A stretch of 64,000 nt of DNA. Origin: Pavona decussata. Taxonomy: Eukaryota. Of the stretch, positions 13,370 to 27,399 are shown in pieces (positions within the stretch are counted from its first letter, which is position 1; the number at the start of each line of letters is the position of its first letter). Position numbers and translations under genes: made by a program. The stretch covers positions 7,440,001-7,504,000 of the forward strand of contig CDRNST010000093.1 in NCBI GenBank assembly GCA_977016875.1, in the 5' to 3' direction. The notes beneath the pieces were generated by a model, which was given only the letters and a program-made list of their open reading frames with translations, searched no databases and was not told where the DNA came from.

Positions 13370-14065
13370 GTTTATATGGCATGAAGCAACCTACAGGAGG
13401 GTCATGGGCTCCTGGCAACTAGGAGTATTTGTGAGGATACTCCCCACTGGATGGGATGCTAGTCCATCGCAGGATTACCCCCAGCAGTACATTGCGGGTA
13501 CACATTTACGTACTTACGTACCTGGGAGAAGACAGACAGTGTGGAGTACAGTTTCTTGTCGAAGGAACATTTTACAATATCTGTCCAAATTCCCGCGCGC
13601 TGATTGGCTCGTAGCTATTGTCTATAAGAGTTTAGCATACCTCAGTGACCGACTATCGCGTAACGCGCAATCTGACTGGCTACACAGGAGCCGTCTATCG
13701 ATCGATAGACGGCAGTTTGTCAGAGCGCGCGCGATTTAGGATGCATCATTGCACAAATATATCATAAACCTCGAGCTCCCCGTCTAATTGTTAAACAGAC
13801 AATAAAAATGACGTCAGACGTCAGATGTAACGCGCACGGCGCTTTCTCAGAACGAAAAAAATAGCCAATTCCGCTCGTACTGGTTCCATTTGAGTTTTGA
13901 ACATTTTTTGACGTCATTTTATGGTCTATAAGAGTAAAGATCATAGAAAACTGCTGTCGATTTGTTAAACACAGTAACAAAGAGACCAACCTAACCTCGA
14001 ACCACCGATCTTCCGACCGACAGACTGGAAGTCCGACACGCTAATCACTACACCACCGCGCCTCT
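13370..14065 (-). mobile_element. tRNA-derived SINE (antisense) split by a nested ~400-bp insertion (~13570-13975)
   Basis: GGAGTATT..ACTCCCC..GGATGGGATGCTAGTCCATCGCAGG core, and a CTCGAACCACCGA...CTAATCACTACACCACCGCGCCTC head; same family as 31705-32020 and 49590-50100. Confidence 0.7.
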
Positions 14066-14430
14066 ACCTTAGACATAAGCGTATCGACGGATACCAAGCA
14101 CATAGGAAGTAGAGGTTGTTAGTTAAGTATGCAATCTTGCATGGACATGTTCGCCCTATTGTTAAACGTCATCCACAAAAATGGGTGAGTTTTGCATGAA
14201 TAAACGCATGCGCGTCCAAGAAATCGCCTTCCTTTTTGCTTCATAATAGCAGCTTAGTTGCTGTTATGAAGCAGGAAAAGTTTCAGTACCACAAAGAGGC
14301 GGAGTTGTCAAACTTATAACTAAAAAGGATGCAAAGTCTTCCTTTTTAAAAAAAAACTGGCGTCTGTTAGCACTATGAAGATGTGATTTTAAGATTGCGA
14401 CTAAAGCTCAGCAGCACTTCGTCGAATTAA

Positions 14431-14839
14431 GGCGGGGGTACACCTGAAAGCCGTTTTCACGCCGCTTAAAATCGGTTCAACGGAAATATCTCGTTCGCGT
14501 TTCAAGCAATACAAAAACCCTATGCTCATTACACAAATCAATATTTTGGGGTGTTTTGTAAATTTTGGGGTGATTTTTAGGTATATTTGGAAGGAGATAG
14601 TTTTTCTCAAAAGAGTAGTAAAATTAACAGAAATAAGAAATATTGAAGGTTTAGTGAAGTTTTAAAATTAGAATTTGTGGTTAATAATTAATAGACGGAT
14701 ACCAAGTTAGTCCACTTGAAACCCGGGGTGCTCTTGCGTGGGTATCAACTGTCTGTTAGTGTTCCAAAAATCATTTTCTTTCTTCTATCCATTCTTAAAA
14801 CCTCTTCAAATTTCACTCAAATTCGGGTATACCCCCGCC
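14431..14839. mobile_element. Kolobok-like MITE with TTAA TSD (copy 1)
   Basis: TTAA|GGCGGGGGTACACCTGAA ... TTCGGGTATACCCCCGCC|TTAA; body closely similar to 40238-40648. Confidence 0.85.
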
Positions 14840-16122
14840 TTAATCTTACACAGAGAACCTGATATACACACGACACCCACCCTAGACTGAAATTACGGCT
14901 CAGACCGGAGTGATTCTCATCATGCCGCTCTCCATCATTGCCGTTAGTAAGGACACTATAGTGTTTTTCTTTTGGAATTGAGGACACTAGAGGACAAGTA
15001 ACTCATGGTAAGGTACCATATAGTCACCCACATAACCCTAACGCTCCATATAGTCACCCAACCCTCCATACAGCGAGTGCATGCTTTCCATTTTATAGCC
15101 CAAATTTTCGTTTGGAAATTCCGAAAACTTTCGGCGTCAAATGGAAAGGCTTTTTTTTCCATCCTGGAGCTGGCTTTGTTTTGAAACATACCTCAGTGCT
15201 TTTCAAATATAAATGTTGGCATAAGAACGATACGATTTTCATACGAAAAGCAGTGAGGTTTGTATCACAACGGAGTCAACTCCAGCCTCGCTTTCACACA
15301 AAGACCAGGTCACTAAGCACTGAACTGGGCTATTTTGGATGAGTTATTTGCAACAACAGTTAAATTAAGGCCACTGCAGTTTGTCTAAACCCTTTTTATT
15401 GCGTTTACCAACATAACGACCTTTGATAGAAACCATTGATACGAAACGTATACAAAGGTACCATAAATTTGAGATAGGTAAAGCTGTTTATGTCGTGAAC
15501 GTTTGAAAATCGTTGTAATAAATTAATATAGCAAAAAAAAATTCTCCAGTTAAGGAGTGTTTTGCTTATTTTATCAAGTATAAAATTATTGTATGATCAA
15601 TTAAAATACCGTACATTTATTTAAATCCACTGACATCAGTGAATTTGATCTTGCTGTGACAATAAACAAATTTGAGATATTTGTGTAAATAAGACAAGAA
15701 CGGTTATAAATAACAAAAAACCCCGAACAAGTAACGCTTAAAAATTCCCCATGATATATTATAAATCATCATTGTGATTGCTATTAATAAACCACATCCC
15801 TGAAAAATAGGAACGCGGTGCTTTTGTTTCAAGGTAAGCTATAAATAATTCTTCTAAATTTTTTAAAATATTTTTGTCGTAATTTAAAGATAGCTCAACA
15901 TTACTCTTTGAAAACTACAACTGTCACCATTTTAAGCTTTAATTTGACGAAATGTCGCTACAGCCCCACAAAGGATCTTTCTTAGAGGCATCTGCCTTGA
16001 CCTATCAGTATATCACGTGCAATCACTCGACTGCTATGCACTTTTTGTTTATCCTGTCCTTGCCTTGCCACGCGCTGATCACGTGAACCGGAAGAGTATA
16101 AGTGTAAAGCGTTGCTGCTGCG

Positions 16123-19100
16123 TTAGACTTCTGTTGACTTCAGATAAGGCAGTTGGTCAAAGTCAATATCTTCTCCGTAGTCGTCTTTAGCTACAACTGA
16201 AAAATAAACAAAACAAACGAAGTCAGAGACATATTACTTTCTCGGATGGGATTGGCGACTGTTTCGTGCTTTCTTTGATTTGAAGCTGCCTGTGTTTAAA
16301 GCTCTGATTTATGAAGCTAACGCAGGGTGCTCTACGGTTTGCTACAAGCAGGCATGCTCATTTTGAGCTAATCGAGATCAAAACCGTGAATATGCGAATA
16401 CTTTTTATATTTATGCCCCACCCTCTAAAGGGTACCATTCAATCTTTCTCGAGCTTTCCGACTGACAAACATCACAGCTTTTTAACGTATTTAAAGCCAC
16501 TGACCTGTCATTCGTCGTTTTGTGTTGTTCGACTGATTTGGACGATACAACAAGGCCACAATGAGGAAAGCAATCAAAGCCTCTACACCAGGAAATACAG
16601 AGAAAGCACCTCTGAGGTACTGGGCACACGGTTCACCACAAGGTCTGAAATTAGAATACAGATTGATAAGATACGACAGTAATTACTGACATAAGAGGTT
16701 TGAATAAATAGCGGGAACGAGGACAGTTGGAAAAACATCTGGGTTTTCGGAAGTAGCTTACGAGCAATCCATATTTTCTCTAAATATGCGAGTGCGCAAA
16801 AAAAAAGTTGCCTTTCGCGCGGAAACACGACGGACGAGGATGGAGCAGGTGGACAAGTGGTCATGAGAATTAAGGATATTAATAACTTCTCCCCAGTACT
16901 TTCATAAGAAAAGTATGGAGACAAGATGGGAGAATTTGTTTTTTGATATTACGGTTTAAAGATGACTCACCCTGTCGACGTATCCTGCTGAGGATAGTTT
17001 TCTTGCAACGCTAAAACAATGAATCCAAGAGACAGTTTATCCATCAAAGCACACGCGCCATACACGAAACCACTAGATTTCTGTTGGGGAAAAGCAAGAT
17101 AGATAAGTGAAATTTATATATTTTACGCCACAGCAGGGAAGAAAAGAGGCTCTCCTCTGAGCAAAACCGACTTCTAACTTTTGGCTTTTGAATCTTTGTA
17201 TCTCGGGCACTGCAAGAAGCCTTTAGGCAGAAGAACTGAGTTTCGTTGTTTGTAAGCGTTACCTGTAACTGATCACTTCATTTAAGAGTTGTATTTAGCG
17301 CAGAGCAGTAATTGGGGACACTTTCCAGATCGAATTGGAATTTAGGAATGTTTTTTTTTTGTCTTCCCCCTTGAAGCAACCTTTACTCGTGTAATGTGCG
17401 AGTTTGTTAATGAAGTTGCTAAGGGGGTATATTCGAATGAAAGCCAGTGAGCTTTAAATTGCTGTGGTTCTGTATCACGTAACCTACAGTGCATTTTTCT
17501 CTTGAATCCAACTTTTGTGCAGCAAAACCTGTGGGTACTCAAATAAAAGCTATTGGGAAGTATTTTCCGTCGATGCTGTTCCGCCTTTGATCTAACGTTA
17601 CGTGAACACTATTTAGACAATGGAGACTTACTTTATCATCACCAATAATTTCTGCTACCATAGCCAGTGACGTCACTAACATTATAGAGTTTCCGCAACC
17701 CATTATGATCGTTGGCGCATAAATCATATTTCTGTGTGAAACGGGCGTGAAGTAAAACCACGTGGCACAACCAATGACGATCACTGTTCCGGCACAGAAC
17801 AATACCTAGAGAAAAAATTGAGGCAGCCGTGAGTGAGTATAGATAACAAGGCACAAGTGAAGGCAGGAGGTCTGCCTCAGGCTCAAAGATAGCGAACGGA
17901 AAAATGAAAATTGGCGTGCACTGAATTAGGCAGCCGTTCTTCCTACTTGCTAGTCCCCCCCCCCCCCCCCCCACCCAATCCGCTTTCATCTCTTCTCCAC
18001 TGCAAGTGGTCTCCAAAAACTGTTTTGTCTTTCGGTATTTTTGTATTTACTTGTTACGTTAGATAACTGGCAAGATAATTTACTAAGTCGCTCAATAAGC
18101 TCAACGACCCGCAACCTCGTACAATAACCAAACATGAGCGCTATGCAGAGACCAGTAGTATCTATTCTGACAGCAAATATGTTTGTTTGTTTATTTATTT
18201 ATCTGATGCTTTTTAAAACTCACCCTGTTTGAAAAGAATCTGTTTAGTCTTTTTATTCCCGAACTCATCAGAATACCACTGACTAAAATCATAAGAGGGA
18301 AGTACGCAATGGCTTCCTGTTGAAAAACAATACAAGGGAGCTTAGCACATTTCTTTGACGGCCTCTAGGTGATATTTTCGTGGGTGTTGCCGTCGTGCTT
18401 ACGTAAAGTCCGTCTGTAGTCCAGTCTGCAAAGTATGCCACGTACACGCGCGAGTATCGTCCGCGCGCGTTTTGTGTGCACGCCAAACTTTCCAGGATGA
18501 ACGCCAAATTTAGTTTACTGAAGGAAGCTGCTGGAAAATAGCCCTTACGACATAAGGTTCAGAATGTCAAATTTCCACTTAAAATATATTAAAAAATAAA
18601 TTTGTCCTACCATTGATAAATTTTACAAGAATAGCACGAGGGGAGTACCCGTAGGCCAATCATTTACTATCCTTTTCCTTAGCCAATCAAAGCTAAGCAT
18701 GACTTATTAGACAATGCCTTTGTACAAAGGCCAATCAGAGACGAGCTCTCAGATCCTGGTACGTTGTTAGGGGTCTAGAACAAGGCTTTTGGCGCTAATT
18801 CGCAGACGGTTATTATCGGGGGTTATCGTCCGTCTGCGACGCAGGCTATGCACACGGAGGTAACTTCGAAGATCATACCGCACGCGGTGCATGCTAGTAA
18901 AATGACTTTACACGCGCGAGATCTCGTGGAATTCTACCATACGCTGCAGACTGGTCTGTAGTGCGGTATCATGACGAGAAAACCAAAGAAGCTGGCAAGT
19001 GCAATAGAAAGGACTACCTTTTGAAAGTGGAGCGTGTCTGTCAGGTACATGGGGAAATACGACTGATTAAGATTCACTACATTTTGCGTTGTCATGTAGA

Positions 19101-22100
19101 TCACAACAATCTAAAATAAAACAAGCAGAATGCAGTCATCAGTTCATTTGTAATCGCAATAACATCGCAGCGGTTAGTGATATCAATATGTATATTCCCC
19201 TCACCGTCCGCCGCATATTCCCTATGGTACAAGGTGGGAGAAAGTAAACAATGATAATCATCCTCTTTATTCTCATAACCTGACTGTTCAGACAGTGATA
19301 TTAACGAGAGGAGAAATTAGACTTTGGTCAAAATTCGGGATTAAAGAATTCAAAGCTCCAGAAACCATATTCATATCCCGCCCCCACGGCCCCGTTTAAA
19401 AAAGCTCAGAAATTTAAAAGAAAGTATGAAACTAAATTGGGATTTCCATAGGAGTAGGGAGGTCTCTAAAAAAATCTCTTCCGTGGGGGAAGTATGGATA
19501 TATTCTGGATCTACATATTGGTAATCTTCTGGAACGAAACTGTTCGTTTGCAATATACCGATAAGTGTAATCTGTTACTTTTCTTTAATTTTAAATTTTA
19601 TCGAACCCAAGGACAAACGTTGTCAGTTTCGTAGGCATTGCTTCAATACAAAGGGGGAAGAAAGTTACCCTTACCTTGTAGAAGTCCGGACATTTAAACC
19701 ACTCTTTCCACGTCCTTTTTGGCTCGTCATCTTGTGCGTGCGATTCTTGTTTTTGAAGCTCGATTTCAAGTGCTTGTTTTTCTAAATCCTTACATTCTGG
19801 TACATTAGCTGCAGGTTTCGACTTCGAAGGCTTACGTTGATTTTGTTCTAAAATAAATCGAACAATTTGCCAGTCAATAGATTAATCAGTCAAAGTGACT
19901 TAACATGTTTCACAAGGGGCACTCGGATTCACATGACTCGACGTCATATGTGGGTAGAGTTTGTTGTTGGTTCTCTTCCTTGCTCTGATAGGTTTTTCTC
20001 CGGGTACTCCGGTTTTCCCCTCTCCTCCAAAAACCAACATTTCCAAATTCCAATTCGATCTGAAAGTGTCCCCAATTAGTGCTCTGCGCTAACTACATTG
20101 ACACTTGAACAAAGCGATTTATTTTTTTATTTATTATATTAATCCTTGACAACGGCGACCTGGGTCTTCCAGATTATGTTATGAAACGTTAAGGAACTGC
20201 AGTCAGAACAAATTCATCGACTGACTACTCCCAAGCACTGAGAGCCTCGAAACAAGATTAGCGTGATACGCGGTTATCTAAACCAGGCAAACCAGCTTTG
20301 AAAAGTCGTACTCAATCTGGTACTCTTACTCAAATCTTAAGTTCCGTAATATTTTACCTACATCTTCCAATAAAGGGCACCTCTGTGTCAGTGGCAGATC
20401 TTAAAACTGTCCTAATGATCTAGCTCACAGGCGCCGACAGATGCCACCGTGAGGCCAGATAGGGGAGTAAATTGTACCACTGGTTCCATTTATGGCAGAG
20501 CACTTGTACTTAATCTTGTTCATACCTTCAGAGGGATATACTTCTTCAACTCCCCAGTGAAAAATGAAGGCGAAAAATGATCCGGTCAACATTACGATAA
20601 TAGACTGATACTGAAAAGAAAAAAATACACGCCATGCAGTTAGCGCTGGAATTCATGGGAGAAATACAAGGGCGTATTAGCCTGTGAACAACGGGGTTGG
20701 GGGAGGGGGTGCACAGGCTAACCATTCAAGGAGTAGTTCTGTGACGGAATTTAGAAAAAAAAAAGAGAGAAGGTCAAGCAGTGTCTAAAACTCGATACAT
20801 CGAGGGTTAAAGACAACACAAAACCGTAGATTTTGATAATCGTTCGCTGAAGTCTTATTACCGTAAATTGTTTCTGAGCTGATTCGTCAACACTTTCTTC
20901 ACTGTTCTGTCCTAAAAGAATCCAAGTTACTAAGAAGACAAAAACGCCACAACCTAATTTCAGCGCGGATCTGAAAAACAAAATCACAAGATCAGCATTA
21001 GTCTTGGTATTAAATTAGGAATATAAAAATTACAACAACGACGACGACAACAACAACCATGAACAGTTTTTGTTGACATTGAGAATCGTTAGCAAAACTA
21101 GTGCCATTTTCTCAGCCAATGAGAAGCAAAACCGAAAGCAATCGGCCAATCGCGTTGCTTGCACGCGTTTTCCCGCGCTTGGCGCCGGTTACATAAAATC
21201 GCTTCGAGTTCTGATCGGTTCATTGCGCTGTTTACTGCTCATTCAACTCCTGAGGTCATGAGAATTAAAGATCAAGGTGAATTTTCTTGATATTTTAATA
21301 ACTTCTCCCAAGTACTTTTATAAGAAAAGTATGGGGACAAGACAGGAGAATTTGTTCTTTGATATTTGGCGTTAAGGGGTTAATAGTCTCAGGGTCTTTC
21401 TTCTTGCCCACGGAAAGAGCTAGAAAAGAGAGGAACTAATCCTAAATCAGTGAACATCGGTAACCGCGTAATTACAGTGCGACACGCCTTACCTTGGCCA
21501 CCCAACAAACTCTTTTTTTTTTATAAGTTAGCCAATCAGGATACGCGAATTTGATTAACGGTCACGCCTCCTTGCAAAGTCCAACAGGCAAGTGACGCAA
21601 CAGCGAATTATTGAAAACATGTCGTTTTGTATTTTATGAACAAGGAGGAAGATATCCTGATTGGCTAACTTGTAAAAAAAAGTTTGTAGGGTGGCCACGG
21701 TAAAGCGCGTCGCACTGTAACACTAATAAACAAATTTGGGTTAGCTAGTGTTTCACTTCTGCTCCTGGGATGGGGGGAGTGGGAAAAGAAGATACTTTGG
21801 AAAGGTTATTGGCTGTACTCCAAGGTTACCATTTCCGTTTTGGTCACAATTTTATACCTTCTACATGTACAAATTCCATGCCTGTCAGTTTTAATGGAGC
21901 CGGATATGGAGGTTTATTTTACCTCTCCATAAGCATGTCACAAGATCGCATTTTGTTTTTTCTGCCCGCCAGAGACACGTACTGATGATTTGCCATGACC
22001 AAGGGTTAACACGCGAAATGTCAGCTCTCGAAGCTCTTTACAGTGGCCAAATTACATAACCAAATATTCGTCTTCACTATCCCCACCGGCGCAACACCAC

Positions 22101-25100
22101 AGTTTGTTTAGAAACTAACCGCCTTATCTATTCGTTCTAATGATGGACTGGAACTGGAAAGATGATCGGATTTGAATTGTCCTATTTTCATTCCAAACGA
22201 ACTGCACGAAAAGAATGTATAATTTTCAACAGCTTTGAGTGTGGTCACACTTACGAATTTTATCAGTCCGACACAGGCTCAAAAATTTAAACCACATTTA
22301 TTACTTTAACCCTTAGTGATCAGCATCAAATTTTTCCTTGCAGTATCATATGATCACCCAAGGTGATCCCCAGTACTTTTATAAGAAAAGTATGCGGACA
22401 AGATAGGAGAATTTGTTCTTTGATATTAGGGGTTAAACTTTGTCTCGGATAATAAAATGGTCAATAGCTGTTTCGTCGCAAATGCGAGCAATTTCTATGG
22501 TGAGGAAAATTATTTGACCGAGAGTTACTACTATTTCATGAAATCAGCTTTGTAGAATAAATCTGATAGAATTTCGCTTTCCTTGAGATGAGATATTCGT
22601 CTATGAAAACAATTAAGATCACACCAATTAATGATCATTTTTATCTCATTTTACAAATGTTTTCGTGATGTCCCCTTGTGGATTTTCGTTCATTTTCTTG
22701 TAATTTGATAGATTTCCTGTGAGCATCACCGGCTCACCTGCCGACCCGTTGGGGCGGAAAGGGGGCGTGGTGGGGTTAAAACAAGTGACGCCTGAGTAAA
22801 GCAAGCCAGGCCTTCCTCTTCGCACTACTGTGGACCCAACTAAACACGGTTCAACGAATGCAATTATTCTGCTTAATCTTGCGGAATTGCGCCTGATTTT
22901 AGCTCACTCGGCCGCTAAGCGTCAGGCGATGTACCGCGCGCGAGACTTCGCAGGATAATTATTGAATGAAACAAACGTTCAACACTTGTTGCTAAAAATA
23001 GTCTCTGAATTGTAGGTTTATAGCTGTTTTAGTCAAACCATGGGAACATAAATCAGGGAGGGGAGGGGGTCGGAATATAGCTCTGGACAAAAGCATTGGT
23101 ACATATGAACGAATAGTACGATTTTGTTTTTGTCTGCTTGTCTTTTATGCTTACAGCATTTCATTTTATGTACTAAAAGGAAAACGAACGTTTGCGTTAA
23201 CATTGTCAACTTTCTCGTGACTCGAAGCTCAAAAAAAGATTAATAAGGATTTAAAATTTGAACAAGAAAATGAAATAAATGAGGTTTTCAAGAAGCGCAA
23301 AGCAAGGATGTACTAGATAAGAAGGAATTCGGCGGAAATAGCTGTCGGCATAAGCTTTAACGTTATGTAACTGTTGCAGTGATTATACGAATCCCGCCGA
23401 GCTAGCGGCCTAACTTAGAATCCCTTGACATGCTGCATCATCACAGGATGTGACGCTAGCAATATTGCAAAATTTTGCTAATACCCCGAGGCTGGAGACT
23501 AAAAAAAATAGATCCATATTTACCAAAGGAATTGATGAACTTGAAAAAACAGAAATTCTGTAATGATAGTAGTAATGAACACTCTTTTTATGCCTGTTTC
23601 GGATATGCGATAAAAAACTAGGATTTACAGAATTAAAAGGCGCGGAATATTTCAATCAACAAGATTACCCCAAACCTATTTTGTTCAGTTTATAAACGCA
23701 GACCGAAATATTTTTCGTGTCACGGAATAGGATAAATATAAATAAACAAAGATTACACAATTTGTTGAGGCTATATAACATAGTAACAAATGTAGAACAG
23801 GTCGATTACACAAATTTGGTAATAAAAAGTTGTTTTTAAAATTCTCAACAACCAACTTGACTTCTCGAGATTCAAGAAATACGTGCGTCCCACAATATAA
23901 GCTGAGAAAATATTGCCATTTCCGTCCGGTAGGAAGTCTTTCAGCTACCTTCTCTAGCCGGCAATGTTAAGCTGACTTTCTCCTATTCAATAAATAACTA
24001 CAGTTTAAAAGCTATTTTAATCCAAATACATAGCGCGATATTGAAAATGGTCATTCCGGCGTACGCCTCCGGGGCAAGCTGGATCATGTACCGCCGCTAA
24101 GTTTTTGTTCGCGAAACAAGTTTTTTCTTTTAATCAAAAGAAAAGTAATACGTAAGACAAAGTGACTGTAAAGTTGTTTTCATATGTAAAAAACATTACA
24201 ATATCTAGGCAAACAATACTGCAATTAAGAATTTTTTAATAAATACCTGTGCACGAAAATTTTCTCTTCAAAGTTAGATGTGATTTTCATTATTTTTTGT
24301 TTTACTTATCTTATTTAACCTCTGGGTTTTTCGCGATCCAATGAAACACATTACAGTCGCGTATTAAACCAAGTTGAAGGTGTAAAATATTTAACAATAA
24401 AGGGAATTAAGGATTTGCATTTTAACCGGATATTTTTCGAAGGTTTGTATTCCGGAATAAGAATAAGCGGACTAGCTGTTAGATTTCTCTCTTTCAGTAA
24501 ATTTGGGAAGACATTTATGCAAACTTTTGTTGAAATATGAGCGATTTCTTGTAATCACTTAATGTATATTTATTCCTGAATAGGGTCAATCGAACGCACC
24601 CTTAAAAGTGCATAATTTCCATTCGAGCTGTCGATAACCATACCGAATAGTTAGAGGATGCTAGAATTCACCACTTGAGCTCCGTATAATGCATTTTGCG
24701 TGTATGCAGGATAACGAATTTTTGAAAGCGCGATAAACATTTTGTTGTCAGTTGGAAATCGAAATTTGCTTTTCATTAGTTGCATGCAATAATAGGTGCA
24801 ACATTATTTTCAGTATATTGGCTTCATAACCGAGAGTCCAAGGGTCGCGGATGTATTGTACGTTTCTAGTAAACAACAAGCTTGCCACAAATCGGTTATT
24901 GTGCTTCTTGTACATGCTGATTTTCAGCGAAGCCTGCCCTTGAAAAGCTTCTTTATTCAAATCTCTTGTTATTCAAATCTTATTTTTCTGGGCTTCGTTT
25001 GAGTCACGAGACATCTGTACCGATCATCTGATAACAATGACTCGTTGTTTTCCGGTCGCTTTCGAATGCCGTCAAAAGGAAAACCCAGCTTATCAATAAA

Positions 25101-25962
25101 TGATGCAACGCAAATAATTTTTTTTCGTCAAGCTTACCGGTACGATGGATCAAAACACGAACATTATGGGATTTAAATAACGCTTACACAATTATATTTC
25201 GTCGGCTGGTTGAGATTGCGGGATGAATATTGTTTTGAAATCAAGCAGCTATTGAAAATGAAAAAAATCACCGCGGCAAATATGGGAAAACCTTTCAGTT
25301 TGCAAGCAACGCTTGGAAGAAAGCCAATACAATGCTGTACCGCATGATATTTCACCGCCAACGATGAAAATATCGGAAATTATCGAATCGGGTTTTTTTT
25401 TTAAGCATGATTTTATAATTCTTAAAATTTCTCACCTTATTGCGCTCAGCTCCACAGCATCCTTGGGCCGTTTAGCAATATGCGGCATCAGCGATAGATG
25501 ACTGATTTCGACCATGGGCCAAAAAACGCTAAAGAAAGCCGCCAAAGCTCCATAATACGCTACCGGGACCCAACTGGGACTGTCCTTGTTGCAAACTAAA
25601 CACGGGCTGAACACGAACGGCCAAATTAACGCAATTCCAACGCTACCAAAGAAATGCCATATTTTTCTGTTGCCGTACTTTCTGCTAATTGTCTTGGAGA
25701 TGGATTTGTCGCATCCATACCCAATAAACGGGGTGGAAATAGCATCGGCGACTTGCGAGGAAAGGAAGATGTAACCGGTGCCCGTTGCGCTGATTTTGAT
25801 AATTTTGTTGAAGAAGATTATGAGATAGGTGAACCATGCCTGAATGCAGAGGTCGTTAAATACATGGCCGACTCCATAACAGATCTTTTGTTTCAATGAT
25901 GTCCTTTCTTCTTTGTGAACAAGCGGTCCGTTCTTTTTACCGCGTCCGCAAATCCAGACCAT
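16123..25962 (-). CDS. MFSD12: MFSD12-like MFS transporter, paralog B (canonical). Exons 25436-25962, 20862-20970, 20526-20610, 19675-19847, 19018-19110, 18224-18316, 17632-17805, 16971-17080, 16505-16644, 16123-16196. ~525 aa.
   Basis: YGVGHVFNDLCIQAWFTYL, SQVADAISTPFIGY, EISHLSLMP, TWKEWFKCPDFYK, NLNQSYFPMYLTDTL, IAYFPL, GCGNSIMLVTSLAMVAEIIG, SSGFVYGACALMDKLSLG resemble MFSD12. All introns are GT-AG and phases sum to an open 1578-nt CDS. Several MFSD12-like paralogs may exist, so the symbol is family-level. Confidence 0.9.
16860..16960. repeat. Short dispersed repeat (MITE-like family), also at ~21245-21382 and ~22305-22436
   Basis: Shared CCCAGTACTTT(T/C)ATAAGAAAAGTATG..GACAAGA..GGAGAATTTGTT.TTTGATATT core in three introns of paralog B; copies 2 and 3 end GGGGTTAA. 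Confidence 0.75.
19925..20125 (+). mobile_element. tRNA-derived SINE (5'-truncated)
   Basis: ATGTGGGT.GAGTTTGTTGTTGGTTCT...GGGTACTCCGGTTTTCCCCTCTCC...AACATTTCCAAATTCCAATTC body, shared with 48165-48430. Confidence 0.8.
21475..21717. mobile_element. TA-flanked palindromic MITE (Tc1/mariner-like)
   Basis: TA|CAGTGCGACACGCCTTACCTTGGCCACCC ... GGGTGGCCACGGTAAAGCGCGTCGCACTG|TA; internal AAGTTAGCCAATCAGGAT is also inverted. Confidence 0.85.
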
Positions 25963-27399
25963 TTTGAGCTAAGCCTGAGTTCTTCTTGTCGTAGAAGCTA
26001 GAAGATCGCTGTGGGCTAAGCTTTCACCCTGGTCGGCTGCTGGAAAAGACCCTTCACAGAGTGACATAATAATCTTGGGGTAAGGAAAGCCCTGGATGTC
26101 GACTCGCTATATTTGGAAACATTCGTCACAGGCCATTGTTCTCATGACGTATGATTGACAGTTGTCAAGTGCACGCGCTGGGTTCGGCAACTGGGGTGAA
26201 ATAAACATCAGATGTTCGTTTCAGTCAAATGAAAATGCAAAGGAGAATGACCGGAAATTTTACTTTCTATCCTCAACAAAACCTCCCCGTAGAAGCCGTA
26301 AGCTTTCGAATTAATTTAAGTTACGTCTATTGTCGTTGCCTTGCCTTTCGGTTGTTTACTTTGATCTAAAAACGTCGAACAACGAAAATTATCATATTCA
26401 TATACTGTTGCATGAGACGCGAACGAGTTCGATTATCAAACAATGGGATTCACGAGCTGTGAAAATGGTTCCTTTGTTTGGCGTTCAAGCAAATCATATT
26501 TCATCACCCAATAGTTCATGCTGCGATTTCTCTAATAAACTTCACATTTGAAAATTGTGCACAGAAACTTCAATCAATTTCTGGCCCGCGGCATTTAAAA
26601 GTCACGCGCTTTGAAAAGGTCAATTTTGGGATTCCTGTGATCCTCTACTAGCACCGGATGTCGAAGAAACAAAAATATTTTTTAGCTCACATGATCTTAA
26701 ATGGCATCTATTAAATGATCACGTGAACTTGTTTTTGAAGGGTGGAAGGGGGTGTGATTAGATCAGCCCACTGAAATTAGAAACTACCCAAGGTCAGTCA
26801 CGTGGGAACGAGGTTGCTGCTTGCATGAGTGTGGGATGAAAAAAAAACCGCAATAAATTATATCTTGATATCCAATAAAAAGGAACGAAACTAAACACTT
26901 TATTTTCATGGCCGTTCATTTCAGCAGACAACTTTATTTTTCTATAAAATTACATTAGTAGAGATTGATAATGATTTTATAGGCAGGAAGCAATGAACTT
27001 GTTCAGTTACAGTATTTCACTGGAGTTCCGATTACTGACTTAGCTTGGTTGTTCGTGTCTGGAAAGCTGCGCGGTGAGTGGAATACTACTGAGTGACGTA
27101 AGCGGAAATGGCGCATGGTGTCATAAATAGCCCGCGCGCGAATTAGCCCGCCAGAGCAAACGCCTTTCGCGCGCGGGTCTTGTTTCATCATCGATTGGGT
27201 GAAACAAGACCTGCAAAAGGCGTTTGCTCTCGCAGGCGACCCGCGAATACAAGCTAGCGCATCTCATTGCTCTCGGCCGCTAAAATTCATACTCGTTTTT
27301 AGACTTGATGTCTACGTATGTGAAGCCTAGATCATACATATAGAATTTTGGCCAGTAAAGGCCACCTATCTTTCTCTCTAAATTTTTTATCTGAACTAA

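Noticed and set aside
19867-20079. ORFs containing MWVEFVVGS…FSGYSGFPLS (also 48145-48408)
   Set aside because: Translations of a tRNA-derived SINE body, not genes.
21980-22125. Penelope-associated minimal hammerhead ribozyme-like remnant (similar traces at ~38915-38975 and ~56820)
   Set aside because: The CUGANGA/GAAA core and stems are degenerate or truncated; an active ribozyme cannot be supported.
22700-25300. CpG-containing patches in the long first intron of MFSD12-B
   Set aside because: No coherent ORF, TIR pair or RNA structure could be established by eye; probably old TE debris or enhancers.
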